A DNA stretch of 64,000 nt, taken from NCBI GenBank assembly GCA_965228605.1, contig OZ245825.1, positions 735,621 to 799,620 of the forward strand. Direction: 5' to 3'. Source of the stretch: Phycisphaerales bacterium. GTDB taxonomy: Bacteria > Planctomycetota > Phycisphaerae > Phycisphaerales > UBA1924. Made by a program: the position numbers and the translations under genes. Below are positions 10,081-21,122 of this stretch, in pieces (position 1 is the stretch's first letter; each line of letters opens with the position of its first letter). The notes below the pieces were generated by a model. That model was not told the origin of the DNA. It saw nothing but the letters and a program-made list of their open reading frames with translations, and searched no databases.

Positions 10081-11934
10081 TCACGCGGTGTTGCCGGCCT
10101 TGGCCTCATCGGCCTCGGGATACTTGCCCGCCACCGCCGCCTTCATCAGGCCCATGAACATGGGCTGGGGGCGAAGGGGGCGGCTGGTCAACTCGGGGTG
10201 GAACTGCGCCGCGATGAAGTAGGGGTGCTCCATCGCGTCGGGCCCGCCATCGCCGACGGGCAGTTCGAGCATCTGCATGATCTCGTGCTCCGGGTGGCGG
10301 CCCGAGAAGATCAGGCCCTTGGTCTCGAGCCTCCGCACGTACGCGGGGTTGACCTCGTAGCGGTGGCGGAAGCGCTCGCGGACTCGGTCCTTCTGGGCGT
10401 ACACCTGCCACGCGAGCGAGCCGGCCTTGATGGCGACGTCCTGACCGCCCAGGCGCATCGAGCCGCCGAACTGCTCGATCTCGCGCTGGCCCGGCAATTC
10501 GCAGATCACGGGGCTGGCGCACTCGGGCTCGAACTCGGTCGAGTTGGCATCGTCGAGCCCGACAACGTTGCGGGCAAACTCGATCACCGCGACCTGCATC
10601 CCAAGGCAGATCCCAAGGAACGGCACGCCCTTCTCCCGGCAGTGCCTGACGCACGAGATCTTGCCCTCCACGCCCCGCGTGCCGAACCCGCCGGGCACGA
10701 TCACCGCGTCGATCCCCGCCAGGCGGGAAGCGGCGTTCTCGTCGGTGAGCTCGGAGGCGTCGATCCACTCGAGCTTGGCTTCGCAGCTGTGGTGCGTCGC
10801 GGCGTGCTCGACGGCCTTCTCGATGGAGGCGTAGGCGTCGCGCACGCTGGCATACTTCCCGATCATGCCGATGCGCACATGGCGGGCGCGCGGGGCGGTC
10901 GCCTTGCGCATATAGCCGACCCAACGCTCGCGGCAGCGGTCCTCGTGGGCCAGGTCCACGCGCTGGTGCAGGTCGAGGATGGTCAGGATCTCGCGGTCGA
11001 GCCCCTCCTGGCGCATCGAGTCGGGGATCTCGTACACGCTCTTACGGTCGTGCATCGAGAACACGCGCCTGAGCGGCACGTTCGAGAACATCGCGATCTT
11101 CTGCGAAGCGGTCTGCGATGCCACCTCGCGCGCCCGGCACGCGATGATGTGCGGCTGGATGCCCGCCTCCATCAAGCGCTTGATGCCGAGCTGCGCCGCC
11201 TTGCTCTTCTGCTCGCCCGAGACGGACGGCTGGATGATGTAGGTCAGCGCCACGAAGCACACCGAGCCCGGCCCCTCCTCGAACGCCAGTTCACGCAGCG
11301 CCTCGATGTAGAACCCGTTCTCGTAGTCGCCCACCGTGCCGCCCACCTCGACGAACACCACATCTGCGGGGCGCTGCCCATCGCCGTGCAGCGCGAGTTC
11401 GCGCAGGCGGCGCTTCACCTCGCCCGTGACGTGCGGGATCATCTGGACATCGCGCCCGAGGAAGTCGCCGTGGCGTTCGCGGTCGAGGATATCGCGGTAG
11501 ATCTGGCCCGAGGTGACGAAGTTGTGGTGGCTCAGGTTCTGGTCGAGCATGCGCTCGTAAGTGCCCAGGTCCATATCGCACTCGGTGCAGTCGTCGAGGA
11601 CGAAGACCTCGCCGTGGCGGTAGGGGTTGAGCGTGCCCGAGTCGATGTTGAGGTAGCCCTCCATCTTGATGGGGGCGACCGACAAGCCCTTGTCCTTGAG
11701 CAGCTTGGCGAGCGAGGAGGCGAAGATGCCCTTGCCGAGGCCCGACATAACTGTGCCGAGCACAGCGACATACTTGTGCCGCCCTCGCCGGTAGCCATCG
11801 GGGATGGGCGAGTAGAACTCAGTGTCGGCGCTCGACGACCCCGCCGAGGCGAGTAGGCCTCCCCCGAGGGGCGAGGGGGGGCTTGCGTCGGGTCTTTCCC
11901 ATGCCGGGCCGATCTGGTCTTCGCTGGAGGGCAT
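10081..11934 (-). CDS. pyrG: CTP synthase
   Basis: Strongly conserved PyrG motifs (GLGKGIFASSLA…, C-terminal glutamine amidotransferase domain GICLGMQ). Carries an unusual ~45-aa N-terminal extension before the canonical KY(V/I)xVxG start. Confidence 0.9.
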   Translation of the reverse strand: MPSSEDQIGPAWERPDASPPSPLGGGLLASAGSSSADTEFYSPIPDGYRRGRHKYVAVLGTVMSGLGKGIFASSLAKLLKDKGLSVAPIKMEGYLNIDSGTLNPYRHGEVFVLDDCTECDMDLGTYERMLDQNLSHHNFVTSGQIYRDILDRERHGDFLGRDVQMIPHVTGEVKRRLRELALHGDGQRPADVVFVEVGGTVGDYENGFYIEALRELAFEEGPGSVCFVALTYIIQPSVSGEQKSKAAQLGIKRLMEAGIQPHIIACRAREVASQTASQKIAMFSNVPLRRVFSMHDRKSVYEIPDSMRQEGLDREILTILDLHQRVDLAHEDRCRERWVGYMRKATAPRARHVRIGMIGKYASVRDAYASIEKAVEHAATHHSCEAKLEWIDASELTDENAASRLAGIDAVIVPGGFGTRGVEGKISCVRHCREKGVPFLGICLGMQVAVIEFARNVVGLDDANSTEFEPECASPVICELPGQREIEQFGGSMRLGGQDVAIKAGSLAWQVYAQKDRVRERFRHRYEVNPAYVRRLETKGLIFSGRHPEHEIMQMLELPVGDGGPDAMEHPYFIAAQFHPELTSRPLRPQPMFMGLMKAAVAGKYPEADEAKAGNTA

Positions 11935-12040
11935 GATCTACTGTAACACGTTTGGGGCACCTGGCGTGCGAGGCCGGGAGGCTCGTGAGCACAAATGCGC
12001 TTAGGATGGGCGTGAACGCCCGTGCAGGAGAGCCAGACCG

Positions 12041-14746
12041 ATGACAACCGTCCACCGCCGACAGCCCGCCAACATCTTCTCCACGCTTTGGTGCGCCATC
12101 GCGGTCACGGCGGTACCCGCGCTCGCGGGGGCATCGACCAACGAGTGCCTCGATGGCCGCCTCGAGCGCCTGTCCCTCTATGGCACATCGCTCGCCGCTG
12201 AGCGGTTCGATCCCGATACGGGCCGGGACCTGCGCAACTACGCCCCCGACCGCCTGGTCGATTACAAGCACATGCGGCTCGCGCTCGACATCCCCGACAT
12301 GGACAAGCCGGTCGCGAGGGGCAATCAGCAACTCAGCTTCGAGGTCATCGGCAAGCCCCTCGGAGCCCTCCGCCTCAACGCGGTCCAACTCGACATCGAG
12401 CGGGTCGGCTTCGCAGCGGTCGACAAGAACATCCACAAGGTGTCGTTCCACCACGAGGACGACGTCCTGACCGCGTCGTTCACCCCGCCGCTCCCCGTCG
12501 GGCGTGAGTTCACGCTCGCGATCGACTACACGATTGATCACCCGAGCGATGGGCTGTTCTGGACGACGAGTTCGCCCGAGTGGCCGGGCCGTCCCCCCCA
12601 GATCCACACGCAGGGCCAGCCCGAGACCAACCGCCACTGGTTCCCGGCGCACGATTCGCCCAACGAGCGCCTCACGACGGAGCTCCTCGTGACCGTCCCG
12701 TCGGGCTTCGAGGTGATCTCCAACGGCCACCTGTTGTCGTCTGAAAGCCGGGGCGGGCGCACGATGTGGCACTGGGACCTCGACCACCCGCACGTGACGT
12801 ACCTCGTCACGCTCGTCGTGGGCAAGTTCGCGACGGTCGATGTCGCGCCCGACGGCGCCAAGGTGCGCATGCCCGTCCATGTGCCCGAGCAGTGGGGCGA
12901 TCGGGCCGAGCCGACCTACAAGAACACGCACGCCATGCTGGAGATCTTCGAGGAGCGCTTCGACGAGCCCTACCCGTGGGGGGATCGCTACGCGCAGGTC
13001 GTCGTCTGGAACTTCGGCGCGGGCGGCATGGAGAACACGACCGTGAGCTCCATGTACGACACCGCCGTGCTCGATGACATCGCGCTCGCCGAGCGCGACC
13101 TCGATGGCCTGATCTCGCACGAACTCGCGCACCAGTGGTTTGGCGACATGCTCACCTGCAACACCTGGGCGCACATCTGGCTCAACGAGGGGTGGGCGAC
13201 CTACTCCACCTCCCTCTGGTTCGAGGCCCGCGATGGCTACAACGAGGGCTACCTGCGCAATCTCCACGGCTCGCTGCGTGGGCTCGCCGAGCGCGACCAG
13301 CTCAAGCCCGGCGATGACACATCCCGCCCGGGCATGGTCTCGCGCGTTTACGAGCACCCGTGGGAAGTCTTCCGCAGGCGCTCCAACCCCTATCCCAAGG
13401 GCGCCGCGATCCTCCACATGCTCCGCATGAAGCTCGGCGAGGATCTCTTCTTCGACGCCGTCGCGCAGTACATCGACCGCTACAAGTACCAGTCGGTCGA
13501 AACCGAGGACTTCCGCGCCGTCCTCGAAGAAGTCAGCGGCCTCTCCCTCGAGCACTTCTTCCACCAATGGTGCGACCGCCCCGGCACGCCCAAGCTCGAC
13601 GTGAAGGTCTCATGGAACGAATCGGCCGGCGAACTCACCATCGCGGTCGACCAGAAGCAGCTCATCGACGCGGCGAACCCCGCGTTCGCCTTCGACCTCC
13701 CCATCGAGGTCTACGAGCACAACGGCACGAGCGAGCCCGACCGGCGCACCATCACCGTCGAGGCACGCCGCCACACGCTCACCATCCCCATGGGCGCCAA
13801 GCCCGAGATGGTGCTCATCGACCCCGACCTGAGCGTGCTCGCGGCCGTCTCGCTCGACATGCCGCGCGACATGCTCATCAAGCAGGCGACCAGCGCCGGC
13901 TCGCTCGCCTCGCGCATCGAAGCCGCGAAGGAGCTGCGCGACAACAAGTCGTCCGAATCCGCTGAGGCCCTCGCCGCGATCGTGGCCGACGCCGATGAGA
14001 ACTACGCGGTCCGCGCCAAGGCCGCCGAATCGCTCGGCAGGCTCGGGCGTACCGATGAACTCACCGCGTCCCTCGAAGCCGTCCGCTCGGGCGACCCGCG
14101 TGTGCGCCAGAGCGTACTCAGCGCCATCGCCCGCCAGGACACCGATGCGGTCTACGAACTCATCGCGCCCCACGCCAAGGCGAGCGAGCGTTCCTACCTG
14201 TGCCGCGCCGAGGCGCTCGAAGCCCTGGGCCGCTCGGGCGACACCCGCTACCTCCCCGTCATCCGCGCAGGTCTCGAGGCCGAGAGCCAGCACGACCAGG
14301 TCCGCAATGCGGCGCTCAAGGCCCTCGCGCACTTCGAGGACAAGCAGAGCCTCGAACTCGCCACCCGCTACGCGATGCCGGGCCACTACGCCCGCACACG
14401 CCCCACCGCGATCGACACCGTCCGCAAGCTCAACGACACCGACCCGGACATGGCCTACGAGGCGCTGGCACCGCTCCTGGTTGATTCCACAGAGAAGCGC
14501 ACCATCCGGGGCCTGATCGACGCCCTCTCGCACATCGAGGACGAGCGCGCCCTCGCCACCCTCGAAGCCTTCGCCGACCGCACGAGGGACCCGCGCCTCG
14601 CCGAGCTGGCCACCCGCGCCCACGAGCGCCTCGCGGCCCGCCTCGCGGGCGACGAGTCGCTCGAAGAGGCCCACACCAGGATCGAGCACCTGGAGCGCGA
14701 GATCGAGAAGCTGCGCAACGAGGTCGAGGAGAAGGCCAAGGACTGA
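12041..14746 (+). CDS. M1-family zinc aminopeptidase (PepN-like) with C-terminal HEAT-repeat region and coiled coil
   Basis: Signal peptide. GAMEN-like motif GAGGMENTT. Zinc motif HELAHQWFG…NEGWATY. C-terminal armadillo/HEAT-like repeats and a coiled-coil tail ([21 protein letters not shown]). Confidence 0.8.
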   Translation: MTTVHRRQPANIFSTLWCAIAVTAVPALAGASTNECLDGRLERLSLYGTSLAAERFDPDTGRDLRNYAPDRLVDYKHMRLALDIPDMDKPVARGNQQLSFEVIGKPLGALRLNAVQLDIERVGFAAVDKNIHKVSFHHEDDVLTASFTPPLPVGREFTLAIDYTIDHPSDGLFWTTSSPEWPGRPPQIHTQGQPETNRHWFPAHDSPNERLTTELLVTVPSGFEVISNGHLLSSESRGGRTMWHWDLDHPHVTYLVTLVVGKFATVDVAPDGAKVRMPVHVPEQWGDRAEPTYKNTHAMLEIFEERFDEPYPWGDRYAQVVVWNFGAGGMENTTVSSMYDTAVLDDIALAERDLDGLISHELAHQWFGDMLTCNTWAHIWLNEGWATYSTSLWFEARDGYNEGYLRNLHGSLRGLAERDQLKPGDDTSRPGMVSRVYEHPWEVFRRRSNPYPKGAAILHMLRMKLGEDLFFDAVAQYIDRYKYQSVETEDFRAVLEEVSGLSLEHFFHQWCDRPGTPKLDVKVSWNESAGELTIAVDQKQLIDAANPAFAFDLPIEVYEHNGTSEPDRRTITVEARRHTLTIPMGAKPEMVLIDPDLSVLAAVSLDMPRDMLIKQATSAGSLASRIEAAKELRDNKSSESAEALAAIVADADENYAVRAKAAESLGRLGRTDELTASLEAVRSGDPRVRQSVLSAIARQDTDAVYELIAPHAKASERSYLCRAEALEALGRSGDTRYLPVIRAGLEAESQHDQVRNAALKALAHFEDKQSLELATRYAMPGHYARTRPTAIDTVRKLNDTDPDMAYEALAPLLVDSTEKRTIRGLIDALSHIEDERALATLEAFADRTRDPRLAELATRAHERLAARLAGDESLEEAHTRIEHLEREIEKLRNEVEEKAKD

Positions 14747-14897
14747 CCGCCCCCCGGCGGCGACAGCCTCAGTGTGGGTGGGGCGGGCGTCCCGCCCGCC
14801 TCCGCTGGGCGTCTCGCCCGGTGGACCCCGCGCGGAGGCTGGCGATCGTCCCCACCCGGTCTACCATCCCGGCCCCAACCCTCGCGAGGACCCCACC

Positions 14898-16013
14898 ATG
14901 GAAGCCGGCATCGTCGGCTTGCCCAACGTCGGCAAGTCAACACTCTTCAACGCTCTCACCGCCGCGGGCGCCCTCGCGGCCAACTACCCCTTCGCCACCA
15001 TCGAGCCCAACGTCGGCGTCGTCACCGTCCACGACCCGCGCCTCGCGCTCATCAACTCCTTCATCACCACCGAGAAGGTCATCCCCGCGGCCCTCAAGCT
15101 CGTGGACATCGCGGGGCTCGTCGCGGGCGCCTCCAAGGGCGAGGGCATGGGCAACAAGTTCCTCAGCCACATCCGCGAGGTCGATGCCATCTGCCACGTC
15201 GTCCGCTGCTTCGAGAAGGCGCCGGGCGGCGAGGACATCACCCACGTCTCGGGCTCGGTCGATCCGCTCCGCGACATCGAAGTGATCGACACCGAACTCA
15301 TGCTCGCCGACCTCGAGACGGTGGACAGCTCGCTGCCCAAGGCCGAGCGCGCCGCGCGCTCGCGTGAGCCCGAGGCGATCCTGCGCTTCGAGATCCTCAA
15401 GCAGCTTGCGCCGGTGCTCGCAGAGGGCAAGCCCGCCCGCTCACTCATCGAATCCGGCGCCTTCGAGAAGCCCGAGGAGCGCAAGGTCGTGCGCGGCCTG
15501 GGCCTCATGTCCGCCAAGCGCGTGCTCTACATCGCCAACGTCGATGAGTCGGACGTGCTGGGCCGGGGCGAGCTCGCGACCAAGGTGCGCGAGCACGCGA
15601 CGGCAGAGGGCATGGAGGTCGTCCCCGTCTGCGCCAAGGTCGAAGCCGAACTCTCCGAACTCGACGACGCCGACCGCGCCGAGATGCTCGCCGACTACAA
15701 CCTCGAAGAGCCGGCCCTCCACTCGGTCGCCCGCGCCATCTACACGCTGCTCGGCTACCAGTCGTTCTACACCGCCGGCCCCAAAGAGGTCCGCGCCTGG
15801 CCCATCCGCGCCGGGAGCACGGCCCCCGAGGCCGCGGGCGTCATCCACACCGACTTCCAGAAGGGCTTCATCCGCTGCGAGACCTACTCGGTGAACGACC
15901 TCGTCGACTACAAGAGCGAGAAGGCCATCCGCGAAGCCGGCAAGATGCGCTCGGAGGGCAAGGAGTACATCATGCGCGACGCCGATGTGTGCCACTTCCT
16001 GTTCAACAGATAG
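14898..16013 (+). CDS. ychF: Ribosome-binding ATPase YchF (Obg-family GTPase)
   Basis: N-terminus [21 protein letters not shown] (G1 motif), TGS-like C-terminus. Start taken at internal ATG 14898. The ORF upstream is Pro/Arg-rich noise. Confidence 0.85.
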   Translation: MEAGIVGLPNVGKSTLFNALTAAGALAANYPFATIEPNVGVVTVHDPRLALINSFITTEKVIPAALKLVDIAGLVAGASKGEGMGNKFLSHIREVDAICHVVRCFEKAPGGEDITHVSGSVDPLRDIEVIDTELMLADLETVDSSLPKAERAARSREPEAILRFEILKQLAPVLAEGKPARSLIESGAFEKPEERKVVRGLGLMSAKRVLYIANVDESDVLGRGELATKVREHATAEGMEVVPVCAKVEAELSELDDADRAEMLADYNLEEPALHSVARAIYTLLGYQSFYTAGPKEVRAWPIRAGSTAPEAAGVIHTDFQKGFIRCETYSVNDLVDYKSEKAIREAGKMRSEGKEYIMRDADVCHFLFNR

Positions 16014-16501
16014 CGGGCCGGGGGGGGCGGGGGGGATGGCATCAGGGACCAGGCACCAGGCATCAGGGCAGAGGTGGCCCGGCTCGCCGAGCCGGGTCCC
16101 ACGGCTGCGGACCGCGTGCCACTGACCCGTCCTCGGGTCAGTGTCTCTGGGTCACCCGTCGGCGTTCGCCGGGTGCCCGGGCTCCGGCCGCCATGCGCAA
16201 GCCCTGCTCGCCCGTGCCGAGGACCTGACGACACGGGCAACGCGGACGTTCCCCATGCCACCCAGCCGTGCTCGATGTTGATCTCGTGCCGGGGGGGGGG
16301 CGTTGAAGAGGTACACTTGACTGCTGACGGTGCTCGAAGACATGGCCATCCCTTCGGGCTGACCATGGCACCCCCCCAAGGATCACGGGCACCCGGCGTC
16401 GCAACACCCCTGCGCCCCCTTTCGGGGCGTGCCCGACAGTCACCGCCGAGAGCCGGCTCAGCGCAGAATCGATCGGCGTCCGGTCCGGCGAGTGACTCGG
16501 C

Positions 16502-18346
16502 TCACGCGCCATACGACGCAAAGCTCTGAAGAATCTCCTCGATCTCCTGGAACGGGCTGTCGTCCACGTGTTCTGCCTCGCGAATGTAAAGCCGCTTAGC
16601 CTGTTCGATGCCCAGCTGCGCGTGGTTCACAAATTGGTGGACAATCTGCCGGCCGGGCAAGAGCCTCTTCCAGTCGTCTGTGTCATCTTGGAGGCTCTGC
16701 TGGACCAAGTCGTAGTCGCGCCGGACCTCCTGAGCGAGCCTCGTCGTGTCCAGCAGCCGAGCCAGCCTCTCCGACTCAGCCCCTGCCCTCGCTCCAATGA
16801 GCGTCGCTAACTCGGAGGCAGATTTGCCAACGCAATCACCGGGCATCAGTGAGAGGTTCCCGCCGGCCCGCCTCGTCTCCGATGTGATCCGAAGTGCAAC
16901 CGCGTAGGATGCCATTTCGCATGCGATGAACCTGAGCTTCTCCCGAATCGCCTCAACGCTCTGCATCCACGGCTGCGATGCCGCTGTTGCTTGTGCCACC
17001 CGATGCCAGACCAACTCGTTTAGAAAATAGTTCTCGAGGTGGTAGCGACTCAACACCCGGAGCTTGCTGGCTTGCGTTGTTTGCCCTTGAGTCAAGTCAG
17101 CTGGACGGGTGTCGCCATCACAGAGCATAAAGAACTCCACACCCCAGAGTGTGCGAGACAGGACCTTCTCTGAGATCACCTCGAAGGACTGAAGCAGTTC
17201 GCGCCCCTCGGACGGAACCAGGACAAGATCCGGATGTCTGTCCTTCACGATCCAGCTGTACACCTGCTTGTCGAGACTAGCCTCCGTGCCCTCGATCAGC
17301 ACGATCTTCTTGCCCAGAGAGATGATGCCGATCGAATGGCCGAGGAGTCGGAGGGCTTGGTTTGTTTCGTCTTCTTCGCGAATCAGCTGCGCCTGGTTTA
17401 CTGGCTCTTGGCTGTCCGGATGTCGAGCCGGAGGCGCCAGAAAGACCACAGACCCATTCAGTGCCGAAGAAATGATGTCAGCAGAGTGCGTGCAGAGGAT
17501 GAACTGGTTGTTCTCGCCGATCGTCTGTAGGGTGCGGATCAGGCGATAGGCAAGCTCTGGATGGAGGTGCAACTCGGGCTCGTCGAACAGGACAACGCAG
17601 TGGCTCGGACCTCGGAGCAGGAAGTCGAATGCCACAGTGACCACTTCGCGCTCGCCAGAGCTCAGCGCTTGCAACGTGAAGGTCCTGCCACCAACTGTGT
17701 ACTGGAGCGGTTGATTTTGGCTCGTGTCCAGGTTAGCCAGCGTCTTCGGCGCCAGGAGTTGCGCGAAGACCCTCTTGAATGGCTCCATCGGATCGCCGAA
17801 GTCGAGCGGCATTGACGTGTCCCCCGCCCGCTGCTTCGTCATCGCACGTTCCGCTATCTCGCGCTTCTGGTGCTCGACCATCTTAAACATCGAATGCACG
17901 GTTTCTTCAAATCGTTTCGCCACGGGTCGAAACGTCGAGTTCCAGCCGATCGACTCCTTGTAGGGGTCAGGAATGTGCCAGTCGAACTTAGGCGGCATCA
18001 CACGCCCGACCCGCCTGTCGCTATCGAAGTAGAGCAGGCTGCTGTTCCATTCTCGCCGGCGCCGGGACCTCTTGAGAGTCTCCTTTAGCGCCCTCAGCCC
18101 GGCAGGCTCAGAAGTAGAGATGCGGTCCCTGCCCCAAGCCGCTCGCTCGGCATCACACGTCGCTTCGAGGCAAAGCCGTGTCGCCAGATCCTGATTCGGA
18201 TTCTCCAGAAAGGCCAGAACATGCTGCATTAGGCGTGTCTTCCCCACACCGTTGGGGCCCGCCAGCACGACCAAGTCGCGCAGCCCCTCCACTTCGAAGC
18301 GGTTAATGGGAGGCATGTCAGCGATGGCGATGGACACGATTCGCAT
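16502..18346 (-). CDS. OLD-family nuclease-like protein: N-terminal ABC-type ATPase fused to C-terminal Toprim domain
   Basis: Walker A GPNGVGKT, ABC signature LSSGEREV, Walker B VLFDEPELHLHPE, H-loop CTHS. Toprim hallmarks downstream: IVLIEGTEASLD and FFMLCDGDTRP. ATG at 18346 (MRIVSIAIADMPP). Confidence 0.75.
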   Translation of the reverse strand: MRIVSIAIADMPPINRFEVEGLRDLVVLAGPNGVGKTRLMQHVLAFLENPNQDLATRLCLEATCDAERAAWGRDRISTSEPAGLRALKETLKRSRRRREWNSSLLYFDSDRRVGRVMPPKFDWHIPDPYKESIGWNSTFRPVAKRFEETVHSMFKMVEHQKREIAERAMTKQRAGDTSMPLDFGDPMEPFKRVFAQLLAPKTLANLDTSQNQPLQYTVGGRTFTLQALSSGEREVVTVAFDFLLRGPSHCVVLFDEPELHLHPELAYRLIRTLQTIGENNQFILCTHSADIISSALNGSVVFLAPPARHPDSQEPVNQAQLIREEDETNQALRLLGHSIGIISLGKKIVLIEGTEASLDKQVYSWIVKDRHPDLVLVPSEGRELLQSFEVISEKVLSRTLWGVEFFMLCDGDTRPADLTQGQTTQASKLRVLSRYHLENYFLNELVWHRVAQATAASQPWMQSVEAIREKLRFIACEMASYAVALRITSETRRAGGNLSLMPGDCVGKSASELATLIGARAGAESERLARLLDTTRLAQEVRRDYDLVQQSLQDDTDDWKRLLPGRQIVHQFVNHAQLGIEQAKRLYIREAEHVDDSPFQEIEEILQSFASYGA

Positions 18347-18601
18347 GTCTGGCGTCCGTTTAGACTCAGGCCATAGTACCACCGGGCTGGCCTGGCACCT
18401 ATAGTCTTGGGCGCAGGTACAATAAGTTGAATATCAGTGAGCGCCCATGTTGACCTTCGTCCGCTCAGGACTCTGCGACCGTGCGGCTGTGCTCGACGCG
18501 ATGGAGTGCTGGGCGCTCCTTCGGAGTGGCGCCGGGTGCCCCCGTACGGGCCCGCCATGAGTCGGGATCCGGCCGCGTCCATGGAGAGCGCCATCGCACG
18601 C

Positions 18602-18727
18602 GTGTACAGCGCAGGGTCGCCGAGGTCCAGCGTCGGGGCGTGGGTGTACAGCGCCGCTGCGCCCGTGTACAGCGCCGAGGGGCGCATGTACAGCGCAGCC
18701 GCGCGGATGTACAGCGCAGAGGCGATT
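18602..18727. repeat. Tandem 21-bp direct repeats (6 units, one degenerate). Core (G/A)TGTACAGCGC containing the TGTACA palindrome.
   Basis: Units start at 18602, 18623 (degenerate), 18644, 18665, 18686, 18707, with exact 21-bp periodicity. They lie in the 670-bp divergent intergenic region between the OLD-like gene and gene 19016. Confidence 0.7.
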
Positions 18728-19015
18728 GCCGGGGCCGTGGGTCGCCCGGTGGGGGGAGGGGTGTCGCTGCGTGAGGGGATGAGGGTCGCCGGTTCGGAGG
18801 GCCAGCGGGCCAGATCGCCAGATGGCAGATGGCCAGCGGGCCAAGGAAGAGTGGGGGGCTGGGACAGGAGATCGGGAACCGAGATCGTGGGGGCTTCGTC
18901 TCGCACGATTGTTCGCTTTGTGCGGGTTTGGGTGAGCGCGGCCGGCGCCGGGGTCGATGTCGCGTGTGGGCGGGCTTTGGTAGGCCGCCGTGACACGAAC
19001 CGGAAGGAATCGACC

Positions 19016-19705
19016 ATGAGCAGCTACCCATCGACCCCCCGCGCCGACCTGCTGGCCTGGTGTCAGGAGCACTCGACCGCCTTCACCAACAACGCCGCGG
19101 CCATCGGGCTCACGCCCGAGCAGGCCATCGCGTTCGCGAGCGCGACCTCGACGGCGGTTGACGCCGTGGCCGATCAGACCACCGCCAAGGACGCCGCGCT
19201 GGTCGCGACCCAGGGCGCGCAGACTGCGACCGCCAACCTGCGCTCCATCGCCGGCGACACGCTCCGCATCATCCGCGCGTTCGCCGAGGTGCAGGCCAAC
19301 CCCGACACCGTCTACGGCCTGGCGCAGATCCCGCTGCCCTCACCGCCGACGCCCATCGCGCCGCCCGCCAAGCCCGAGAGCATCGCCGGCGTGCTCGATA
19401 CCGCGACCGGTGCGCTCACCCTCCGCTGGAAGGCGAGCAACCCCGCCAACGCCGGCGGCACCAGCTACCTCATCACGCGCAAGCTGACCGGTGAGAGCGA
19501 CTTCACGTTCATCGGGTCCACCGGCGCGAAGAACTTCACCGATGCCAACCTGCCGTCGGGCGTCGAGCAGGCCCAGTACATGGTGCAGGGCCAGCGCTCG
19601 GACCTCAAGGGACCGGTCAGCGAGGTGTTCACGGTCAGCTTCGGGCGCGCGGCCACCGGTGAGACCACCATGACCGCCCAGCAGGCGCCGAAGCTGGCGG
19701 CGTGA
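19016..19705 (+). CDS. Hypothetical protein with C-terminal fibronectin-III-like beta domain
   Basis: RBS GGAAGGA 6 nt upstream of ATG 19016. N-terminal helical region, Pro-rich linker, then an Fn3-like segment (LRWKASNPANAGGTSYLITRK…VEQAQYMVQG). Confidence 0.55.
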   Translation: MSSYPSTPRADLLAWCQEHSTAFTNNAAAIGLTPEQAIAFASATSTAVDAVADQTTAKDAALVATQGAQTATANLRSIAGDTLRIIRAFAEVQANPDTVYGLAQIPLPSPPTPIAPPAKPESIAGVLDTATGALTLRWKASNPANAGGTSYLITRKLTGESDFTFIGSTGAKNFTDANLPSGVEQAQYMVQGQRSDLKGPVSEVFTVSFGRAATGETTMTAQQAPKLAA

Positions 19706-19878
19706 GGCAGATCGCCAGAGAGCACATGGCCAGATAGCCAGATCAGGAAGCGCAGAAGCGGCGCCGCAGCGGGGTTGTCAACACCCCGCGCAGCGCCGCT
19801 GTCTCATCTGGCCCTCTGCCCACCTGCCATCTGGCCATCTGGTGATCTGGCCCTCTGGCGATCCGGTACCCTCGCCGC

Positions 19879-21102
19879 ATGAACCTGCCCACCCTCGCGG
19901 GCTTCCTGATCGGCCGCCCGCAGGCCATCCTCGCGGTCGCGATGGACCGGCGCACGCCGTGGATCGGCGCGTTCCTCGTGCTCATCGCCGCGATCGCCCG
20001 CGAGTACGACGGCGAGAGCCTCCTCCACGAGCCCTGGCACCTCCTCCGCCCGCTCGCGTTCTCGACCGTCTCGGCGAGCGTGCTGTTCTGGATGCTCTTC
20101 CCGACGGCGCAGTGGCGCCGCATCCCCGGCGAGGACCCGCCCATGCCGCGCGCACGTCGTGGCTACGTCATGTTCCTGGGCCTCTTCTGGATGACCGCGC
20201 CGCTCGCGTGGCTCTACGCCATCCCCTACGAGAGCTTCATGGGCGAGCTCGACGCGGTCCGTGCCAACCTGTGGACGCTCGCGCTCGTCGCGGCGTGGCG
20301 GGTGGCGTTGATGGTGCGCATCGTCACCGTGGTCTTTGGGACGCCCCGCTGGGCGACGATCGCGATGGTGCTCGCGTTCGCGGACGTCGTGGCGTTCATC
20401 GCGCTGGTGATGGCGCCGACGCCCGTCATCGACGTCATGGGCGGCCTGCGCCAGAGCGAGCGCGACCGCCTGATCAGTTCGATCAACTTCCTCGCCCAGG
20501 TCCTCACACTCATATCGATGCCCGTCTGGCTGATCTTCGCGGGCTTCGCGCTGCCCAGGTTCCGCCCGTGGTGGCGCGTGCAGACCTACGACGAATCGCG
20601 CCCCCTCGGGTGGATCAGCGCCGTCGTCATCATCCTGGTGTGTGCCGGGCTGCTCGCGTGGGGCCAGCCCGCGCAAGCCCGCCGAGAGCGCATCGAGCGC
20701 ACGTGGGCGAGCGGCGACTTCGCATCCGCCTACGCCCAGCTCTCGGCTCGCACGCCTGCGGACTATCCACACCACTGGCAGCCGCCACCCGCACGGGCAC
20801 GATCGTGGCGCGATGCGCAGTTGCTCGGCGCCATGGATGCGCTGGCCTCGGCCGACGCGGCGCCCTGGGTGAAGGAGGCGTACCTGCGCAAGTTCGATGT
20901 CGCGGTGCGCCTGCGCTTCTCATCCTGGCCCGACGACTGGGAGACCATCACCGACGCCGCGTTCACCGACCGCATCGATCGGGGTGAAGCGAAGGCGAGC
21001 GGGCTCCCGGCGATGCTGGACTTCCTGTTGCGCGAGGGCCGGCCCATCTACGACTCGGAGCACCGCCAGCTCATCCGCCAGGTGAGGGATGCGATCAGGT
21101 AG
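19879..21102 (+). CDS. Multi-pass integral membrane protein, function unknown
   Basis: About 7 predicted TM helices, Trp/Arg-rich loops, soluble C-terminal domain. Confidence 0.6.
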   Translation: MNLPTLAGFLIGRPQAILAVAMDRRTPWIGAFLVLIAAIAREYDGESLLHEPWHLLRPLAFSTVSASVLFWMLFPTAQWRRIPGEDPPMPRARRGYVMFLGLFWMTAPLAWLYAIPYESFMGELDAVRANLWTLALVAAWRVALMVRIVTVVFGTPRWATIAMVLAFADVVAFIALVMAPTPVIDVMGGLRQSERDRLISSINFLAQVLTLISMPVWLIFAGFALPRFRPWWRVQTYDESRPLGWISAVVIILVCAGLLAWGQPAQARRERIERTWASGDFASAYAQLSARTPADYPHHWQPPPARARSWRDAQLLGAMDALASADAAPWVKEAYLRKFDVAVRLRFSSWPDDWETITDAAFTDRIDRGEAKASGLPAMLDFLLREGRPIYDSEHRQLIRQVRDAIR

Positions 21103-21122
21103 GCGGCCCATCGGCGTCAGCG

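Noticed and set aside
10198-14689. Several long shadow ORFs (10198..11856, 11819..13567, 13610..14689, 22273..23715, 51840..53138, 53211..54851, 61304..62701) antisense or out of frame to pyrG, the M1 peptidase, cls, mutS and the terminase
   Set aside because: Each overlaps a gene with unambiguous conserved motifs and shows biased Arg/Gly/Asp composition.
16020-16500. Possible Gabija gajB/helicase partner downstream of the OLD-like gene
   Set aside because: The 480-bp gap contains only G-rich non-coding sequence and hairpins. The next gene is convergent ychF.
18602-18727. CRISPR array interpretation of the 21-bp repeat clusters (also 45415..45730)
   Set aside because: The units are directly tandem with no unique spacers and are only 21 bp long. 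No cas genes are present.
18437-19015. N-terminal 190 codons of ORF 18437..19705 (reads through the 21-bp repeats as VYSAxxx heptads)
   Set aside because: There is no RBS, the composition is Arg/Gly-rich, and the repeat phasing is better explained as DNA-level iterons. The well-supported start with a GGAAGGA RBS is at 19016.
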